Source of the DNA: Candidatus Daviesbacteria bacterium RIFCSPHIGHO2_12_FULL_37_16
GTDB taxonomy: Bacteria > Patescibacteriota > Microgenomatia > Daviesbacterales > UBA10151
Direction of reading: 5' to 3'
Assembly: GCA_001776785.1 (NCBI GenBank)
Contig: MFDF01000008.1
Location: 103,097-167,096 of the forward strand
DNA: 64,000 nt
Shown here: piece by piece, positions 8,238 through 18,501 of the stretch
How the letters are laid out: each line of letters begins with the position of its first letter
Numbering within the stretch: the stretch's first letter is position 1
Program-made: the position numbers and the translations under genes
Notes under the pieces: generated by a model
The model's database searches: none
What the model was told of the DNA's origin: nothing
What the model saw: only the letters and a program-made list of their open reading frames with translations

Positions 8238-10769
8238 ATGATTAAAAAATCTGCTAGGCTACCAGCTCATATTAAACCAGAAAGATATGAAATTTTTCTA
8301 AAACCTGATTTAGAAGGTTTTACATTCACTGGTGAAGAAACAATGTGGCTGAGCTTGGATAAGCCATCAAAAGCAATTACCTTGCATGCTGCAGAACTTG
8401 AAGTTTTTTCTGAAGATGCAAATGTTTCATATGACCAGGCTGCAGAAACTGTTACCCTGACCTTTAAAAAACCTATATCTGGAAAACAGAAAATAAAGCT
8501 TAAGTTTACAGGTATATTAAATGATCAGATGAGAGGTTTTTACAGGTCAAAATATATCCATAATGGAGAAGAAAAATATTTAGCTACTACCCAGTTTGAA
8601 TCAACAGATGCCAGAAGGGCTTTTCCATGTATAGATGAACCATCTGCAAAAGCTGTCTTTGATGTAACTTTAATGGTCCCAAAAGAAAAAACAGTTATCT
8701 CAAATACCATAGAATCTGAAGTTTTAGAGCATGATGGGGGATATAAGTCAGTCAAATTTGAATCTACCCCCAGGATGTCTACCTATCTTTTGGCTTTTAT
8801 AGTTGGAGACTTTGAATACATTGAGAAAAAAACAAAAGGTGGGGTAATGGTCAGGGTTTTTGTAACTCCAGGTAAAAGTTTGCAAGCTAAATTTGCACTT
8901 GATGTGGCAGTAAAAACTCTGGATTTTTATGAAGATTATTTTGATATAAAATACCCACTTCCTGTTTCAGACCTGATAGCCATCCCTGACTTTGCAGCAG
9001 GTGCAATGGAAAACTGGGGAGCTGTAACTTATAGGGAATCTGCTATTTTAGTTGATCCAGAAAAATCCTCTACTGCAAATAAACAATGGGTAGCACTGGT
9101 CATTGCCCATGAGCTTGCCCATCAATGGTTTGGAAACTTAGTCACAATGGAGTGGTGGACTCATCTTTGGTTAAATGAGGGTTTTGCTTCCTTTATAGAA
9201 TATTTGGCAGTTGATAAAATTTTTCCTGAGTGGGATATCTGGACTCAATTTGTCTATTCAGACTTAGGGTCTGCCTTAAAACTTGATGCATTGGAAAATA
9301 CCCACCCAATAGAAGTAGAAGTAGTACACCCCTCTGAAATTGCAGAAATTTTTGACAGGGTTTCTTACTCAAAAGGAGCCTCAGTTTTAAGGATGCTTTA
9401 CAACTATTTGGGTGATAAAGACTTTAGGGATGGATTGAGGCACTATTTAAAAAAACATGCCTATTCAAATGCTTTAACAGAAGATCTCTGGCATTCTCTG
9501 GAAGAAGTTTCTGGTAAGCCTGTGACTAAAATAATGGGTAATTGGACAAGTAAACCAGGTTATCCACTAATCCAGGTTTTTGATTCAGGAAAAAATCTAA
9601 GATTAACTCAATCAAGATTTTATTCCAGCCCGCTCTCACGAAAATCCTCAGAAGATAAAACAGTCTGGACAACCCCAATATATTTTAAAAAATCAGGTTC
9701 AAAAAAAATTGGCCACATCTTAATCAATAAAAAAACTACAGAAATTGGTAAACCCAGTGGTTGGATTAAATTAAACTCAGGAGAAGTTAGTATCACCAGA
9801 ATTGATTACCCTTCGCAGCTTCTATTAAAACTGAAAGATCCAATATCTAAAAAAGAACTTGAAGCACCAGACAGGTTAGGGGTAATCAGAGATGCCTTTG
9901 ATCTATCCCAATCAGATCAGCTCCCCACCCATTTTGCTTTAGAACTAGCCCAGGGATATAAAAATGAAGATGATTTTACAGTTTGGGCGGAGATTACCTC
10001 GCAGCTTAATACCCTGGATAATTTAATAACTCATGAAAAGTTTTATGATAACTTCAGGCTTTATGGACAGGATCTGTATGATAGTATTGCCAAAAAAGTA
10101 GGCTGGTCAAAAAAATCTGGAGAACCTCATACAACATCACTTTTGAGAAGTTTAGTTTTATCAGCTTTAGGAGGTTTTGGCCACAGGGAAACTATCAAAA
10201 AAGCCTTTGACCTGTTTGAAGATTTAAAGATGGGGGAGAGTATGGATCCTGATTTAAGGGGGGTTGTTTTAAGATTAGTTGCAGAAAATGGTTCTAAAAA
10301 AGAACATGGAATTTTAAAAAAACTTTATGTAAAAGAGCCTTTGCAGGAAGAAAGAAACAGGTTAGCTAGAGCCCTGTCTATGTTTAAGCAGCCTGAACTT
10401 TTGAAAGATACTCTGGAATTTGCTCTCTCACAGCATGTCAGGTTCCAGGACTCTATTCATGTTATAGCTGGAGTTTGGTCAAATCCTTATGGCAGTGAAT
10501 TAGCCTGGATTTTTTTCAAAAAGAATTTTAAAAAGTTAAGAAAAATCTATGCTGGAGGCCACTTCATGTCAAGGCTTTTGGGTGCTGCAGGATCAATGGT
10601 TAAAGTCTCTCAGGCTAATGATTTGGAAAAGTTCTTCAAGAAAAACCCAGTCCCAGAAGCAACCAGGACCATAGCTCAAGCTTCTGAGCAGATCCGCTCA
10701 AACGCAGCTTGGTTAAAAAGAGACCGCAAAGGTATAGAAAAGTTTTTATCCAATACATTTTTATGTTAA
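8238..10769 (+). CDS. pepN: M1 family aminopeptidase N with ERAP1-like C-terminal domain
   Basis: TQFE..DARRAFPC.DEP, GAMENWG, HELAH-x18-E, YSKG. Confidence 0.95.
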   Translation: MIKKSARLPAHIKPERYEIFLKPDLEGFTFTGEETMWLSLDKPSKAITLHAAELEVFSEDANVSYDQAAETVTLTFKKPISGKQKIKLKFTGILNDQMRGFYRSKYIHNGEEKYLATTQFESTDARRAFPCIDEPSAKAVFDVTLMVPKEKTVISNTIESEVLEHDGGYKSVKFESTPRMSTYLLAFIVGDFEYIEKKTKGGVMVRVFVTPGKSLQAKFALDVAVKTLDFYEDYFDIKYPLPVSDLIAIPDFAAGAMENWGAVTYRESAILVDPEKSSTANKQWVALVIAHELAHQWFGNLVTMEWWTHLWLNEGFASFIEYLAVDKIFPEWDIWTQFVYSDLGSALKLDALENTHPIEVEVVHPSEIAEIFDRVSYSKGASVLRMLYNYLGDKDFRDGLRHYLKKHAYSNALTEDLWHSLEEVSGKPVTKIMGNWTSKPGYPLIQVFDSGKNLRLTQSRFYSSPLSRKSSEDKTVWTTPIYFKKSGSKKIGHILINKKTTEIGKPSGWIKLNSGEVSITRIDYPSQLLLKLKDPISKKELEAPDRLGVIRDAFDLSQSDQLPTHFALELAQGYKNEDDFTVWAEITSQLNTLDNLITHEKFYDNFRLYGQDLYDSIAKKVGWSKKSGEPHTTSLLRSLVLSALGGFGHRETIKKAFDLFEDLKMGESMDPDLRGVVLRLVAENGSKKEHGILKKLYVKEPLQEERNRLARALSMFKQPELLKDTLEFALSQHVRFQDSIHVIAGVWSNPYGSELAWIFFKKNFKKLRKIYAGGHFMSRLLGAAGSMVKVSQANDLEKFFKKNPVPEATRTIAQASEQIRSNAAWLKRDRKGIEKFLSNTFLC

Positions 10770-10779
10770 AATTTTACCC

Positions 10780-11340
10780 ATGTTAAACGTCAACGACCTA
10801 AGAACGGGTATTGTTTTTAAAGAAGGCCCTATTTTGTGGCAGGTTTTAACCTATGAACACATTAAAATGGGCAGGGGATCCGGCAACATTAAAATTAAAG
10901 CCAAAAACCTGCGTACTGGTGCAATCACAGAAAAATCTTTTATTACAGGGGCCAGGGTAGATGAGGCAAATGTTTCAAAAGAAAAAACTCAGTATTTATA
11001 CAATGATGGTGAAACATATAACTTCATGGATCCTGCATCCTTTGAACAATTTTCAATCCAAAAACCAGTTTTAGGTGACTCAGCAAAATATTTAAAAGAA
11101 GGTTTAGAAGTCAATTTAATAGTCTCAGATGGAGAAGCACTGGGAGTAGAGCTTCCTAACTCAATAGTCTATGAAATTAAAGAAACAGGGCCAGGGGAAA
11201 GGGGAAACTCAGTTTCAAATGTTTTCAAAGAAGCAGTATTAGAAAATGACCTGATAGTCAAAGTCCCCATGTTTATGGGAGAAGGGGATAGAGTTAAAGT
11301 TGATACAAGAACTGGTGAATATGTTGAAAGAGTTAAATAA
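10780..11340 (+). CDS. efp: Elongation factor P (Arg-type loop, KMGRG)
   Basis: VNDLRTG, QYLYND, FMD..SFEQ, VPMF..GD.VKVDTRTGEYVER. Confidence 0.96.
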   Translation: MLNVNDLRTGIVFKEGPILWQVLTYEHIKMGRGSGNIKIKAKNLRTGAITEKSFITGARVDEANVSKEKTQYLYNDGETYNFMDPASFEQFSIQKPVLGDSAKYLKEGLEVNLIVSDGEALGVELPNSIVYEIKETGPGERGNSVSNVFKEAVLENDLIVKVPMFMGEGDRVKVDTRTGEYVERVK

Positions 11341-11393
11341 CCCAAACTAATTCTTGACTCAACCCCTAAAGAGTATAAAATAGTTTAGAGTAG

Positions 11394-12278
11394 ATGAAAA
11401 AGATTAGAAAAGCTTTAATTCCTGCTGCAGGGTTTGGTACCAGATTTCTTCCCCAAACAAAGGCCATGCCCAAAGAGATGATGCCTCTTGTGGACAAGCC
11501 CATTATTCAAAGGGTAGTTGAAGAATTAGTAGATGCAGGCATAGAAACTGTAGTAATAGTCACAGGTTGGAATAAAAGGTCTATTGAGGATCACTTTGAC
11601 AATAACTTTGAGCTGGAAGAAAAACTTTTAGAATCAGGCAAAACTGATGCTTTAAATATTGTCAGAGAAATCTCCAACATGGCAGAGTTTGTCTATATCA
11701 GGCAAAAAGGCATTCAGGGAAATGCCACCCCAATTTTAAATGTCCGCCACATAATGAACGATGAACCATTCTTAGTATTCTGGGGAGATGATTTTATAGA
11801 TGCCACACCCTCCAGGGCAAAACAGCTGGTTGAAGCTTACGAAAGGTATGGCTCAATAATTTTAGGTGGAATGCCAGCCCAAAGTGAGGATTACTATAAA
11901 AAATATGGTTTTGCAGGAGGAGTAAATGTAGGTAATGGAGTTATTAAAGTTGACAGGATTATAGAAAAACCTGGCAGCAAAGAAGCTTCCCCTTCAGATT
12001 TAGCTATTATTTCAGGTTATGTCTACACCTCAGACATCTATGATGCTCTGGAAAAAGCAAAAGAGAATCTTAAGGAAGGTGATGAGCTGGTTTATACTTT
12101 AGGTGTTCAAAATTTAATTGACCAGGGCAAAGCTGTTTATGCAGTTGAGCTGCAGAATGCTGTTTATAGAGACACTGGGAATAAATTGGAATATTTAAAA
12201 ACTGTTGTTGAATATGGGCTTGACCATGAAGAATTTGGTAAAGAATTTGCAAACTTCTTAAAAAAATTAGACCTCTAA
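11394..12278 (+). CDS. galU: UTP--glucose-1-phosphate uridylyltransferase
   Basis: KALIPAAGFGTRFLPQTKAMPKEM.P.VDKP, EDHFD, IEKP, D.GNKL.Y. Confidence 0.93.
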   Translation: MKKIRKALIPAAGFGTRFLPQTKAMPKEMMPLVDKPIIQRVVEELVDAGIETVVIVTGWNKRSIEDHFDNNFELEEKLLESGKTDALNIVREISNMAEFVYIRQKGIQGNATPILNVRHIMNDEPFLVFWGDDFIDATPSRAKQLVEAYERYGSIILGGMPAQSEDYYKKYGFAGGVNVGNGVIKVDRIIEKPGSKEASPSDLAIISGYVYTSDIYDALEKAKENLKEGDELVYTLGVQNLIDQGKAVYAVELQNAVYRDTGNKLEYLKTVVEYGLDHEEFGKEFANFLKKLDL

Positions 12279-12715
12279 AAAGCCCTTAAAATTAAAACAA
12301 CTGAGGCTACTGTAGCCACCTGGGTTAAGATTCCCCATGGAAGTTTTGTGTTGGCCTGAATTTTGTGCTGCCAGGAGTATGCAGTTGAAAAAGGGGGGAA
12401 ATCCCAGCCCCATAAAAGATACGGCATCATTAAAATGTCCCACACTTCAGAAAAGAAGATACAGCTTAAAAAATAAATAGGATTTAGATTCTGGCCAAAT
12501 ATGAAGTAAGCAACGGCTATTCCTACCGCTAAATCTAAGACAGATTCTGCAAATAGAGTGATCTTATTTTTTTTTCTCCAGCCAATGCCTAAATCCCAAT
12601 GGGGTATCATGTCTAAAATGGGGTGGGAAAGGAATGCTAAAGGGAGTCCTAATGCAGGATTGGGGATTGCTGAAGCAATTGCCCCCCCAACCAATGCGTG
12701 TGCAGTAGCGGTCAT
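12275..12715 (-). CDS. Membrane protein with conserved His/Asp residues (possible metal-binding hydrolase)
   Basis: H.LVG, SH..LD.IPHWD, H..IQ; hydrophobic helices. Confidence 0.55.
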   Translation of the reverse strand: MTATAHALVGGAIASAIPNPALGLPLAFLSHPILDMIPHWDLGIGWRKKNKITLFAESVLDLAVGIAVAYFIFGQNLNPIYFLSCIFFSEVWDILMMPYLLWGWDFPPFSTAYSWQHKIQANTKLPWGILTQVATVASVVLILRAF

Positions 12716-12772
12716 ACAACTTTAAAGTATACACAATTAGTCAACTAATGCCAAATTTGGTATATTAAGGTT

Positions 12773-13687
12773 GTGAAACCAGTTCTAATAAGCTTTGGCT
12801 CATATACAGTTACAACTTTGGGTGTATTTTTAGTGCTAGCCTTTATTTTAGCCTTAATTATTATATGGAGAATTATTAGGGGACTTGAGGTAGATAAAGA
12901 AAAGACAATTGACCTATATTTGTTAACCTCAGTAGTTTCCCTTTTAGGAGCCAGGGCTTATTTTGTCTTTTCAAATTCAATTCTTTCAGAAAACCCTCTA
13001 AACTTCTTTTTAGTCAATAAATACCCTGGATTTTCTTTTTGGGGAGGGTTTATTTTAGGGTTTATCTTTTTAAAGCTATTTTCAAAAAAACTGAAAATTA
13101 ACTTTTGGCAGGCTGCAGATTTAGCTATTGTTGCGCTTTTTTTAGGCATATCCACAACTAGCCTGGGTTGTCTGTTCAATAGCTGCCAATATGGTCTTGT
13201 CAGCAATCTCCCAATAGCAGTTTCACAGGTAGGGTTGGTTGGCAAAAGATTCCCCCTTCAAATCATAGAAAGTCTTTTGTTTTTCCTGGGCTTTTTAGTT
13301 TTATGGAGCAGTATAAAAAGATTTCATTTTAGTGGGTCTATTGCACTGACTGGGCTTTTTATGCTGGGCGGTTTTAAATTTTTTCTGGAATTTTTTAGGG
13401 GAGACAGCCTAAGGGTTAGTAATTTTTTATCATCAGGTCATATCTGGTCAACTCTTTTCATTTTTCTTGCAGCAATTAACTATTATAAGCTTACCAGGAA
13501 ATCATTTAAAGAAGATGTTTTAAACTTTTTAAAGGTTTTTTATATCCCAGCTAAAAGACGGTTAGCAGTATCGCGTTTGGCAAAAAGTTGGTATAATCTT
13601 AAGATTGATTTGAGAATTTCTTTAAACAAGTTTTTCAAAAACCTGATTAAAGTTTTAAATATTAAGTCAAATCCAACAAAGTTCTAA
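12773..13687 (+). CDS. lgt: Prolipoprotein diacylglyceryl transferase-like (divergent Lgt)
   Basis: GARAYFV, GFSFWGG, AD, LGCLFN..QYG, P.QIIES, LEFFRGD. Confidence 0.75.
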   Translation: MKPVLISFGSYTVTTLGVFLVLAFILALIIIWRIIRGLEVDKEKTIDLYLLTSVVSLLGARAYFVFSNSILSENPLNFFLVNKYPGFSFWGGFILGFIFLKLFSKKLKINFWQAADLAIVALFLGISTTSLGCLFNSCQYGLVSNLPIAVSQVGLVGKRFPLQIIESLLFFLGFLVLWSSIKRFHFSGSIALTGLFMLGGFKFFLEFFRGDSLRVSNFLSSGHIWSTLFIFLAAINYYKLTRKSFKEDVLNFLKVFYIPAKRRLAVSRLAKSWYNLKIDLRISLNKFFKNLIKVLNIKSNPTKF

Positions 13688-14031
13688 TGAATACAATTGA
13701 TAAATTTAAAAAGCTTTTATTAAGACAGCAAAAAGAAGTAGAAAAAGAAATTGAGGATCTGGAAAAAGATGACCCCATTAACTCTCTTTCCATGGCAGAA
13801 AGTTCAGAGCCCGGTACTGATTCTTGGGTGGCAGATACACATAGCAGGGTCCTGGCTGTCAAATCAAATCTGCAGATGCTTCTTGTAAGGATCAGAAAAT
13901 CCCTCCAGAATTTAAATTCAGGAAAATTTGGCAAATGTGAAAATTGCGGAAAACTCATTGAGGATGAAAGATTAAAAGCCATACCCACTGCAACTTTGTG
14001 TATTGTTTGCTCAAAAAAAGTCAAAAAATAA
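13687..14031 (+). CDS. DksA/TraR C4-type zinc finger protein
   Basis: Coiled coil plus FGKCENCG..I..ERL.AIP.A.LCIVC. Confidence 0.9.
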   Translation: MNTIDKFKKLLLRQQKEVEKEIEDLEKDDPINSLSMAESSEPGTDSWVADTHSRVLAVKSNLQMLLVRIRKSLQNLNSGKFGKCENCGKLIEDERLKAIPTATLCIVCSKKVKK

Positions 14032-14068
14032 ACTATACTGTGATAGTTTAAGTTAGAATACAATAAAT

Positions 14069-14455
14069 ATGGCTAAAGTTTTAATCATTGATGACGATCC
14101 AAATATACTAAAGCTCTATTCTGACCCTTTAACTAAAGCTGGATATGAAGTGGAGATGGCTTTAAATGGTCAGGAAGGCCTGACAAGACTTTTTCAGGGA
14201 GGCTATGATTTTATCTTGTTGGATATTATGCTGCCGGATATTGACGGAATTAACATCTTAAAAAGGGCCAAAGACAAAATACAGGAAAATTTCTGCGGCC
14301 CGATAATTGTCCTTTCACAACTGGAAGAACCCCAAATTATAGAGTCTGCTATGCAAAATGGTGCGAGAGGTTACTTAGTAAAAGCCTCCTTTACTCCAGA
14401 CCAAATTTTATCAAAAGTCTCAGAAATCCTCCAAAAAACACCACCTGCTGTTTAA
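14069..14455 (+). CDS. Single-domain response regulator receiver
   Basis: VLIIDDD, LLDIMLP, GARGYLVK. Confidence 0.92.
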   Translation: MAKVLIIDDDPNILKLYSDPLTKAGYEVEMALNGQEGLTRLFQGGYDFILLDIMLPDIDGINILKRAKDKIQENFCGPIIVLSQLEEPQIIESAMQNGARGYLVKASFTPDQILSKVSEILQKTPPAV

Positions 14456-14516
14456 TAGTCTATCTGATCTTAACCCTCTACCTTTGAATTTCTACAGAAA
14501 TTCAGCTATGGCAACC

Positions 14517-14840
14517 TCACTGCCAGGGCAGCTTGTTCTTTGGGTTTGACCAAAAATTTGCTAAATATACCCCAACCAAAAGTGCCCCTACTAAAAATGC
14601 AATTAAGTTCATTCCTGTAAGGTTTGCATTCCAGGGAAGTGTTAGTCCTCCCATTCGACTTGCAACTCCCAATAAATAGAGTGCTATAAGTCCATTCGTA
14701 AATCCCCATAAAACATTAACAACAGGGGATGAAACCTTAGCAAAAGGTGTCATATGTTTTTGACCAGTTATCCCTTTAACAATGTGAGGAATTCCATTCC
14801 AGGTAAAAAAGCCTGCTAAAAAATACCACAATAGTGTCAC
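14517..14840 (-). CDS. Small membrane protein of unknown function
   Basis: NGIPH..GI.G...TPF..SSP.VNVLWG; 3 TM helices; strong SD GGGAGGTGA upstream of the GTG start. Confidence 0.65.
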   Translation of the reverse strand: MTLLWYFLAGFFTWNGIPHIVKGITGQKHMTPFAKVSSPVVNVLWGFTNGLIALYLLGVASRMGGLTLPWNANLTGMNLIAFLVGALLVGVYLANFWSNPKNKLPWQ

Positions 14841-14920
14841 TTAATATCACCTCCCAAATATAATAATGGGGTTAAGATGAACTTATTGTCAACATTCAAA
14901 TTTTCAGATAGGATAAATGT

Positions 14921-15700
14921 ATGGTATCTGTAAAGACAGATCTAATAAGGCCTGACCACCAGCCATGGTTTAAAGGATATACAGGTGGAACTTCTAATTG
15001 GCTTTTAGATAATCCTCCCAAATGCTTTGACTGGCTATTTGAGGAAAGATTAAAAGGTCATATCCCCTCAAATGAAACAGCTTTGGATATGGGCAGCGGT
15101 AATGGCAGAAAGACTCTTTTGCTCTCTGAAGCAGGAATTGCAAATGTTATTGGTATTGACATGGTTCCAGAGGCAGTGCAGATGGCCGAAGATTTAGCCA
15201 AACATCGCCCAGCTAAAGGAAAAGTGGAGTTTATTAATTCAAAAATTTTAGAATATCTAAAAAACATACCAGACATAAGCGTTCATATGATTACTGATAC
15301 TTATGTCTTTACCCACCAAATACCAGATAAAGAAGGGGATAGGGTGGAAGATTATGTAGCGGAGTATTACAGGATACTTGTTCCGGGTGGACTATTAGCC
15401 CTGGAGCTTTTTTCTGCAGAAGATAAACACTTTTATGGAAAAAAATTAGATCAAGTGGAGCCCACACATACGCCTGAGGGAAAGTTTGCATTCAAAAGAT
15501 ATCAGTATGAATATAATCCTGAAATTGAAGAGGCAAAAGGAGCAGAAAGCTATCACAACATGCATAATATGCACTATACCCAGGATGGAATTAGATGGAT
15601 TTTAAAAGATAAATTTGAAATCCTTAGAATAGAGATACTTCCACACTCAAGGCACGATCACAGAAGGGTTCTAGATGTTTTAGCTAGAGTCACTAAATGA
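14921..15700 (+). CDS. Class I SAM-dependent methyltransferase
   Basis: ALDMGSGNGR, IGID, A, YYRILVPGG. Confidence 0.85.
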   Translation: MVSVKTDLIRPDHQPWFKGYTGGTSNWLLDNPPKCFDWLFEERLKGHIPSNETALDMGSGNGRKTLLLSEAGIANVIGIDMVPEAVQMAEDLAKHRPAKGKVEFINSKILEYLKNIPDISVHMITDTYVFTHQIPDKEGDRVEDYVAEYYRILVPGGLLALELFSAEDKHFYGKKLDQVEPTHTPEGKFAFKRYQYEYNPEIEEAKGAESYHNMHNMHYTQDGIRWILKDKFEILRIEILPHSRHDHRRVLDVLARVTK

Positions 15701-16461
15701 GCAAAGCAGCATTAATTAATCTCTCTGACCCTAATCATCACAAAACTTTAGCAGAAATTTTAACAAATGGGGGAGTTGTTGGCTCAATTTGGGGCCATCA
15801 TTTATATTTTCTAGCCTGCAATGCCTGTGACCCTAAAGCTGTTGCCAAAATGAATTCACTTAAAAATAGGCCTGCTACCCAAACTTTTGTTTCTCCTGGG
15901 GCAGTAGAGGATGCGCAAGAATTAGCAGATTTAGAAAAATGCCCAGCACTTCTAAATTCCTCTCAAAAAATGGGAATGACTCCAATAAAATATCTGGAAT
16001 TTTTGTTTAAAAAATTCCCCCTTGGGGTAGAGTTAATTGCCAAAGATAATGTTCCAAATTCCCTAACATTTGCAACAGATGTTGGCAAAACCATCTGGAT
16101 TGCTGCCCATATGGGAGATAAAAATTATACAAAACTTTTGAAAGAGATAAGAAATTTAAGAAAAATTGGAAAAAAAGTAATTTTTGCTGGCACCTCCTTA
16201 AATTTAAAAGGGGCTAACACCTTAACAGTCAACCAATTAGACCAGGTTTTAAATGATTTTGGTCATAGCCTGGATGCAATATCTGTTCACCCTAAAGAAA
16301 AAAAACTAAAAAGACTTAGCTTTAATACCTCATGTTCAGTAATCAGTTTTATAAGCTCAAATCCCAAACTTTTAAGACTTGGCTGCACCAATATAAAAAC
16401 ATTAAGTAAATATATCCCTGATCTGGAAATTCCCTCAGATATTTTAAACACCCGCAAGTGA
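15697..16461 (+). CDS. Divergent Sua5/YrdC/TsaC-family protein
   Basis: L..GGVV...LY.LAC.A.D..AV......K.RP and TSLNLKG (cf. TSAN.SG), S.VI....P.LLR.G; overlaps the MTase stop (ATGA-type coupling). Confidence 0.7.
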   Translation: MSKAALINLSDPNHHKTLAEILTNGGVVGSIWGHHLYFLACNACDPKAVAKMNSLKNRPATQTFVSPGAVEDAQELADLEKCPALLNSSQKMGMTPIKYLEFLFKKFPLGVELIAKDNVPNSLTFATDVGKTIWIAAHMGDKNYTKLLKEIRNLRKIGKKVIFAGTSLNLKGANTLTVNQLDQVLNDFGHSLDAISVHPKEKKLKRLSFNTSCSVISFISSNPKLLRLGCTNIKTLSKYIPDLEIPSDILNTRK

Positions 16462-16501
16462 TTGTTTAATAGCTCTGCTTTCTTTGGTATGATTTTTAAT
16501 A

Positions 16502-18001
16502 ATGCTTTACTTTCTGATTAATCCCACAACCCTCCTTTACATTACTGCAATTTCTGCCACCTTTTTTATTGGGTTGGTTCTTTTTACTGTGCGTTATGGA
16601 ATTAAATACAAAAGACTTTTAGATGAAAAAAACAGTTATCTGATAGCATTTCAAAAACTTTATACTATTATGGCATCAACTGTAACTCTGGAAGAAACAG
16701 CCCAAAAACTCACTAATGCCATTGCATTTGAACTAGGGTTCCAGGCTGGGGTCTTAACAATTATTGATAAGCAGTCAAATTCTTTAAAACGAATTGCAGT
16801 CTCCCAAACCCCGGAAGGAATTATTGGCTTAAAAATGTTCCCTGTTCCTTATAAATCTATTGGAATACCGCTTACCTACACTGGTAATTTATTAATCAGA
16901 GCGATAAACGAGAAAAAACCCTTTATTACTCACAACATGATTGATTTATTTGTACCAGTTCTTCCGGAAGTTATTATTAGCAACATACAAAAAGTTATGA
17001 AAATTAAAACTTCCTTTGTATATCCAATTTTTTATCATAATGAAGTTATAGGTGCAATGATTTTTAGTATTTCAGGGGAAGAACATGAAATACCTGACCT
17101 GCAGAGGGAAGCCATAATGAGGATAATGGAAGTTGTAGGAACTGTAATTGAGCGGGTTAAAGTCTATGAAAAATTAGCACTTACATCACAAAGTTTAGCC
17201 ATAGCCAATGAAAAGCTTAAAGAACTTGATAAAATAAAAGATGATTTTGTTTCAATTGCCTCACATGAGCTGCGTACCCCCATGACTGCTATCCGCTCAT
17301 ATGCCTGGATGGCACTAAACCGCTCAGACATTCCTCTTTCCGCCAAACTAAAAAAGTACCTGGAACGAACTCTTATATCAACTGAAAGGCTGATTCATCT
17401 GGTCAATGATATGTTAAATGTTTCAAGGATTGAATCAGGCAGGATCCAAATCAGTCCAGAAGTATTTGATCTGCAGTCACTAATTCAGGATGTGGTATCT
17501 GAAGTGGAATTAAAAGCTGGTGAAAAAAGTATAAGTCTTAAAGTAAACTATACAAACCTTCCTAAAGTTTTTGCTGATCTTGAAAAAATTCACCAGGTAT
17601 TACTAAATCTAATTGGAAATGCATTGAAATTTACACCCAAAAATGGCAATATTGTGTTGTCTCTTATGTCTGATGGTATGTTTATTCAAACCACAGTTGC
17701 AGATAACGGGGTAGGGATCTCAAAAGACGACATCTCTAAGTTATTTCAAAAATTTGGAAGGCTGGACTATTCATATACAGCCGCGGCTGCTACGGGAGGA
17801 ACAGGTCTGGGGTTATATATTTGCAAAAAATTAATTGAATCAATGGGAGGAAAGATTTGGAGTACCTCAGAAGGTATGGGGAAAGGTTCACAGTTTCACT
17901 TCACACTCCCAATTGCTTCAAAGCAAGTTATAAACCAGGCTTCTGTTAACCAAACCTTAAGGGAAGATGGAATGATGCCTTTGGAACCTACTGCTATATA
18001 A
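16502..18001 (+). CDS. Sensor histidine kinase (TM, GAF, HisKA, HATPase)
   Basis: SHELRTP, NLIGNALKF, DNGVG, GTGLGL. Confidence 0.95.
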   Translation: MLYFLINPTTLLYITAISATFFIGLVLFTVRYGIKYKRLLDEKNSYLIAFQKLYTIMASTVTLEETAQKLTNAIAFELGFQAGVLTIIDKQSNSLKRIAVSQTPEGIIGLKMFPVPYKSIGIPLTYTGNLLIRAINEKKPFITHNMIDLFVPVLPEVIISNIQKVMKIKTSFVYPIFYHNEVIGAMIFSISGEEHEIPDLQREAIMRIMEVVGTVIERVKVYEKLALTSQSLAIANEKLKELDKIKDDFVSIASHELRTPMTAIRSYAWMALNRSDIPLSAKLKKYLERTLISTERLIHLVNDMLNVSRIESGRIQISPEVFDLQSLIQDVVSEVELKAGEKSISLKVNYTNLPKVFADLEKIHQVLLNLIGNALKFTPKNGNIVLSLMSDGMFIQTTVADNGVGISKDDISKLFQKFGRLDYSYTAAAATGGTGLGLYICKKLIESMGGKIWSTSEGMGKGSQFHFTLPIASKQVINQASVNQTLREDGMMPLEPTAI

Positions 18002-18105
18002 TAGTTGAATAAAAAGTTAAAATCATGATAATAAGAAACAATGGATAAACAAGAGAGAAAAATTTTAAAGTTTTTGCGAAGCAAAAAGGCAAGCAGGCTT
18101 TTTTA

Positions 18106-18501
18106 ATGGATACAGTAAAAAAGATTCTTATAGTTGAAGATGACCAGTTCTTAAGGGAGTTCTACCAGGAGCTTTTAACAACAGAGGGGTTTTTAACTGA
18201 AACAGCCCAGGAAGGAGAAGAGGCTGCTTCAAAGATTAAAAAGGGAGGATACGACCTGATACTTTTAGATATAATGCTTCCTAAAAAAGACGGTCTGCAA
18301 ATTCTTGAAGAGCTGAAAAATAACCCCCCATCCACTCCTAATGGACCTATTGTTGTCTTAACTAATATTGGTCAGGACGCAACAATTCAAAAATGCTTTG
18401 ACTTGGGAGCTACAGGATATATGGTAAAATCAGCGCTTAATCCTGACCAGGTATTGGTAGAGATTAACAATTACCTAAAAACTGCAAAAAATCCTGCTTG
18501 A
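18106..18501 (+). CDS. Single-domain response regulator receiver
   Basis: ILIVEDD, LLDIMLP.KDG, GATGYMVK. Confidence 0.92.
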   Translation: MDTVKKILIVEDDQFLREFYQELLTTEGFLTETAQEGEEAASKIKKGGYDLILLDIMLPKKDGLQILEELKNNPPSTPNGPIVVLTNIGQDATIQKCFDLGATGYMVKSALNPDQVLVEINNYLKTAKNPA

